Sequence record: PZ496580.1
DNA from: a phage
Length of the DNA: 64,000 nt
Strand: one strand, 5' to 3'
The notes under the pieces were generated by a model that did no database searches, was not told the origin of the DNA, and saw only the letters and a list, made by a program, of their open reading frames with translations. The position numbers were made by a program, and so were the translations under genes. Shown here one piece after another: positions 61,438 through 64,000 of this stretch; the stretch's first letter is position 1, and each line of letters begins with the position of its first letter.

Positions 61438-61808
61438 AGAATAATCTCTTTCAGTAAGTCAACAATCTGGTCTTTCGTCAGTTTATCCTGATTCTCTACA
61501 ATCTTGATAACACAAGCGTTAACATCTTTTCGAGTCACGCGGGAGATCGTTTTAATACGGTTAAACGGTTCGTAGAAATACACTGCTTCATTATAGAGAG
61601 CGGATACTTTACGACGCATTTGATCTTTATCTGACAAGAAAACAAGTGCTGTTTTATGATCTACACCCGCCACGTTATATAGTTCAGCAACACCCCAGCG
61701 ACCTTCCGGTTCAATCATTCCGGCGTGTTTACCGTCGATAAAAATAAGAATATCTCCGTTGAATGCGGTTTTGAATGCTACATCTTCCGGCGTAATCATA
61801 TTTTTCAT
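61434..61808 (-). CDS. hypothetical protein (124 aa)
   Basis: ORF track. Confidence 0.45.
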   Translation of the reverse strand: MKNMITPEDVAFKTAFNGDILIFIDGKHAGMIEPEGRWGVAELYNVAGVDHKTALVFLSDKDQMRRKVSALYNEAVYFYEPFNRIKTISRVTRKDVNACVIKIVENQDKLTKDQIVDLLKEIIL

Positions 61809-61838
61809 AATATAGTCTCCTTAGAGTTTCAATATAGG

Positions 61839-62474
61839 TCAGGCGAACGTAGAAAGCAAATGTTTCGTTTCTTTCAGTTGTCGTTCAAGATCTTTTCGTT
61901 TCTCTTTAAGTTGCATTTTAGCATTATTTCGCTGTTTTTCAACATCTTTATCAATATGCTTAGTCCAATTATCAATATCAGAATAAGTTGGCATACCCAA
62001 TTCTAGACCTAATGCGGTTGGATACAGGGTAACAGTCCATAGACCGCTAATCTTCTTAAACAGGTCTGGGTTTAGTGTACTACCTACATCTTCCGGTGTC
62101 AACTCTTTTTCTTCTTTCAGTGGTGGGATCTCGTCATATGGTTCCAGTGCATTTACTTTAATATCAGATACCTCATCAAAGAATCCGCGTACATCCGCAG
62201 GAAATACACAAGCAATTTCCCAACCGTGATCACGCAGAGAAGTAATATTTTTCACTCCCCCACCATGTGTGATGATTGATGTGACATTGCCATCAAGGTC
62301 CACCGAATTTACGAGAAATGGCTTATCGTCTGTCAGATCATTATAAAACTGTGCTTCGGCTGTAGTCATCTCCAGAAACAGATCTCGGATCGGACGACCA
62401 TCAGGTGCGTTACCTTCCTTGAGAGTATAAAAACGACTTACGATCCATTTTGGCGGTAAAGCATTAGCGATCAT
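61839..62474 (-). CDS. hypothetical protein (211 aa)
   Basis: ORF track; between genes 41 and 61. Confidence 0.45.
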   Translation of the reverse strand: MIANALPPKWIVSRFYTLKEGNAPDGRPIRDLFLEMTTAEAQFYNDLTDDKPFLVNSVDLDGNVTSIITHGGGVKNITSLRDHGWEIACVFPADVRGFFDEVSDIKVNALEPYDEIPPLKEEKELTPEDVGSTLNPDLFKKISGLWTVTLYPTALGLELGMPTYSDIDNWTKHIDKDVEKQRNNAKMQLKEKRKDLERQLKETKHLLSTFA

Positions 62475-62524
62475 GTTATATCTCCTATCAAATCATTCAC
62501 CAGCGCCCCGCAGGGCGCATTTTA

Positions 62525-63937
62525 TTAGAAAGTCATGTTATTTGCTAGCTCGTCGAGTTTTTCTCGTTTCTCGGCTTGCTGTGCGCTTTGTGGTTTAACT
62601 TGTGCATTCTCCTGATCTGCGATCTGGTTTGGTACTTCATACCAACGCTGATTGCCTTTCTTCACACCAACGTTAAACCGTGAATAATAGTTCTTATCAC
62701 CGTAACGAGACTTGATCTGCTTCATGAGTTGAACGCCCATTTTAGCAAGGTCTTCGGTCTCGATAACACCCAACATAAAATCGGCTGTAGCCGGAAGACC
62801 TGCTGATTCAGCGGTATCACTCATGTTAAGGTCTGACGCATCCCAACCCGCGCGGGTAGTCTGTGCCGCAGTCCAACCAACAACATCCCACTTAACAAAA
62901 AAACCTCGCAGTTCTTCCGCAATCGCCTTAACTAGTGTGTAACTATTTTCAGAGTATACACGCAAGCGAGACGATGCGCAAATCCCCAGATAGTCAACAA
63001 TCACAACATCAGGTTTAAACTGTTTCTTGAGTCGCAATTCATTCATTAACGCCTCAAAGTGATTGGAGTTCGCGCCACCAGTCGGATACTGCTTGATCAT
63101 CAATTTTCCAACCGGACGATCTCCGATCTTCTTATTCTTAACACGCTTCATACGTGCGGAATATTCCGCAAAAGAAACATTACCATTATCCAATTCATCT
63201 AATGTAATGTCAAGCAAGTTTGCGTCGATACGTTTGGCTACGACATGCTCTGCCATCTCCATTGAGATATACAATACATCATAACCACATTCCATATAAT
63301 CCGCAGCAAGAGAACACAATCCAAGCGATTTACCAACATTTACACCAGCAAGCAACACATTTAGCGTTTTTCTTTCCGCACCTCCTTTCGTGATTTTATT
63401 CAACATCGGCAGCTTAAACGGGATCTTATTCGCCTTAGTCTGATATAGCAAGAATCGTTTTTCAAAGTCATTAAACCAGTCATGACCTACATCAGAATCA
63501 AACGTAATGGATAGTGCTTCCTGCATGATCTCAGGAATAGCTCCCTCGCCAGGCAATTTCTTATTCTGTTTCTCTTTTGGTAGTTGTGCGTTCGCCTGAA
63601 TCTCTAGCGCCCGTGACATTGCGTTATACATGGCACGGTCACGAATAAATTTTTCGGTTTCCTTCATTAACCAATCAAGGTCTTCCGGTGTATTCTCCAG
63701 CGAATCGAGAAGAGTTTTAGCCCCTTCATATGTTGTCTGATTGCCTCTCTCCTTGTCTAAAGCAATCTGTAATGCAGTTGGCGTAGGAATGTTGGAATAT
63801 TCGTCTACGTGCTTTTTAATCAGCTTATAAATCAGTTTTTCTTCGTCTTCGGTGAAGTAGTCCGCTTTAAGGTGAGGCCATACATTCGTAAAGAATGCGC
63901 CATTGTAAATCAACTGTGAAAAGATAGTTTTAATCAT
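62525..63937 (-). CDS. 41: replicative DnaB-like helicase
   Basis: 470 aa (T4 gp41 ~475); Walker A GVNVGKS and RecA-like core. Confidence 0.9.
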   Translation of the reverse strand: MIKTIFSQLIYNGAFFTNVWPHLKADYFTEDEEKLIYKLIKKHVDEYSNIPTPTALQIALDKERGNQTTYEGAKTLLDSLENTPEDLDWLMKETEKFIRDRAMYNAMSRALEIQANAQLPKEKQNKKLPGEGAIPEIMQEALSITFDSDVGHDWFNDFEKRFLLYQTKANKIPFKLPMLNKITKGGAERKTLNVLLAGVNVGKSLGLCSLAADYMECGYDVLYISMEMAEHVVAKRIDANLLDITLDELDNGNVSFAEYSARMKRVKNKKIGDRPVGKLMIKQYPTGGANSNHFEALMNELRLKKQFKPDVVIVDYLGICASSRLRVYSENSYTLVKAIAEELRGFFVKWDVVGWTAAQTTRAGWDASDLNMSDTAESAGLPATADFMLGVIETEDLAKMGVQLMKQIKSRYGDKNYYSRFNVGVKKGNQRWYEVPNQIADQENAQVKPQSAQQAEKREKLDELANNMTF

Positions 63938-64000
63938 ACATAGCCCCCAACTACACGCATAACAAAGGTCTTGAGTTTATACCAGAAAGTTTCTTTTTTC
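63936..64000 (-). CDS. 3' end of upstream gene (partial)
   Basis: open frame entering from window end, stop TGA overlaps gene 41 ATG (ATGA). Confidence 0.3.

Noticed and set aside
61135-61491. 118-aa plus-strand ORF between genes 61 and 41
   Set aside because: Antisense to two minus-strand small ORFs that are translationally coupled to their neighbours
1-64000. tRNA or other structured RNA genes
   Set aside because: No cloverleaf-like stretch stood out in the few intergenic regions longer than 100 bp (e.g. 35341..35460), but this was judged by eye only and needs a tRNA/ncRNA scan

Overview
This window reads as a contiguous segment of a T4-like (Tevenvirinae-type) myovirus genome, AT-rich and densely packed. 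Almost all genes run on the minus strand in the T4 early/middle order: 41, 61, 56, mod-like ADP-ribosyltransferase, dda, dexA, 39 (unsplit), rIIA, rIIB, 52, then rnh, dsbA-position gene, 33, 59, 32, frd, td, nrdA, nrdB, denA, rnlA, pseT, cd, 31, 30 (ligase) and alt. The only plus-strand block is the late long-tail-fibre module 34-35-36-37 followed by holin t (30.4-40.9 kb). Between the conserved genes sit hyperplastic stretches (2.6-10.3 kb, 41-46 kb) of small ORFs, most preceded by a repeated sigma70-type promoter cassette (TTGACA, 17-bp often palindromic spacer, TATAAT-like, conserved leader and Shine-Dalgarno), resembling the promoter-early-stem-loop (PeSL) elements of T4-type phages. Most worth follow-up: a translationally coupled operon with a minimal C5-methyltransferase-like protein, a zinc ribbon and a DUF262/ParB-like protein; a six-member tandem paralog family; a NADAR-like gene beside ligase; a CYTH-domain gene inserted between the dsbA-position gene and rnh; a thymidylate synthase with a ~130-aa in-frame insertion; a gp37 distal fibre with a C-terminal intramolecular-chaperone domain and no gp38; a secreted LprI-like protein; and an HTH mini-gene between rIIA and rIIB. 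All calls come from reading the sequence and remembered family motifs; no database search was run. Gene boundaries taken from the ORF track are exact; promoter, terminator and motif coordinates were indexed by hand and are approximate (about +/-2 bp).
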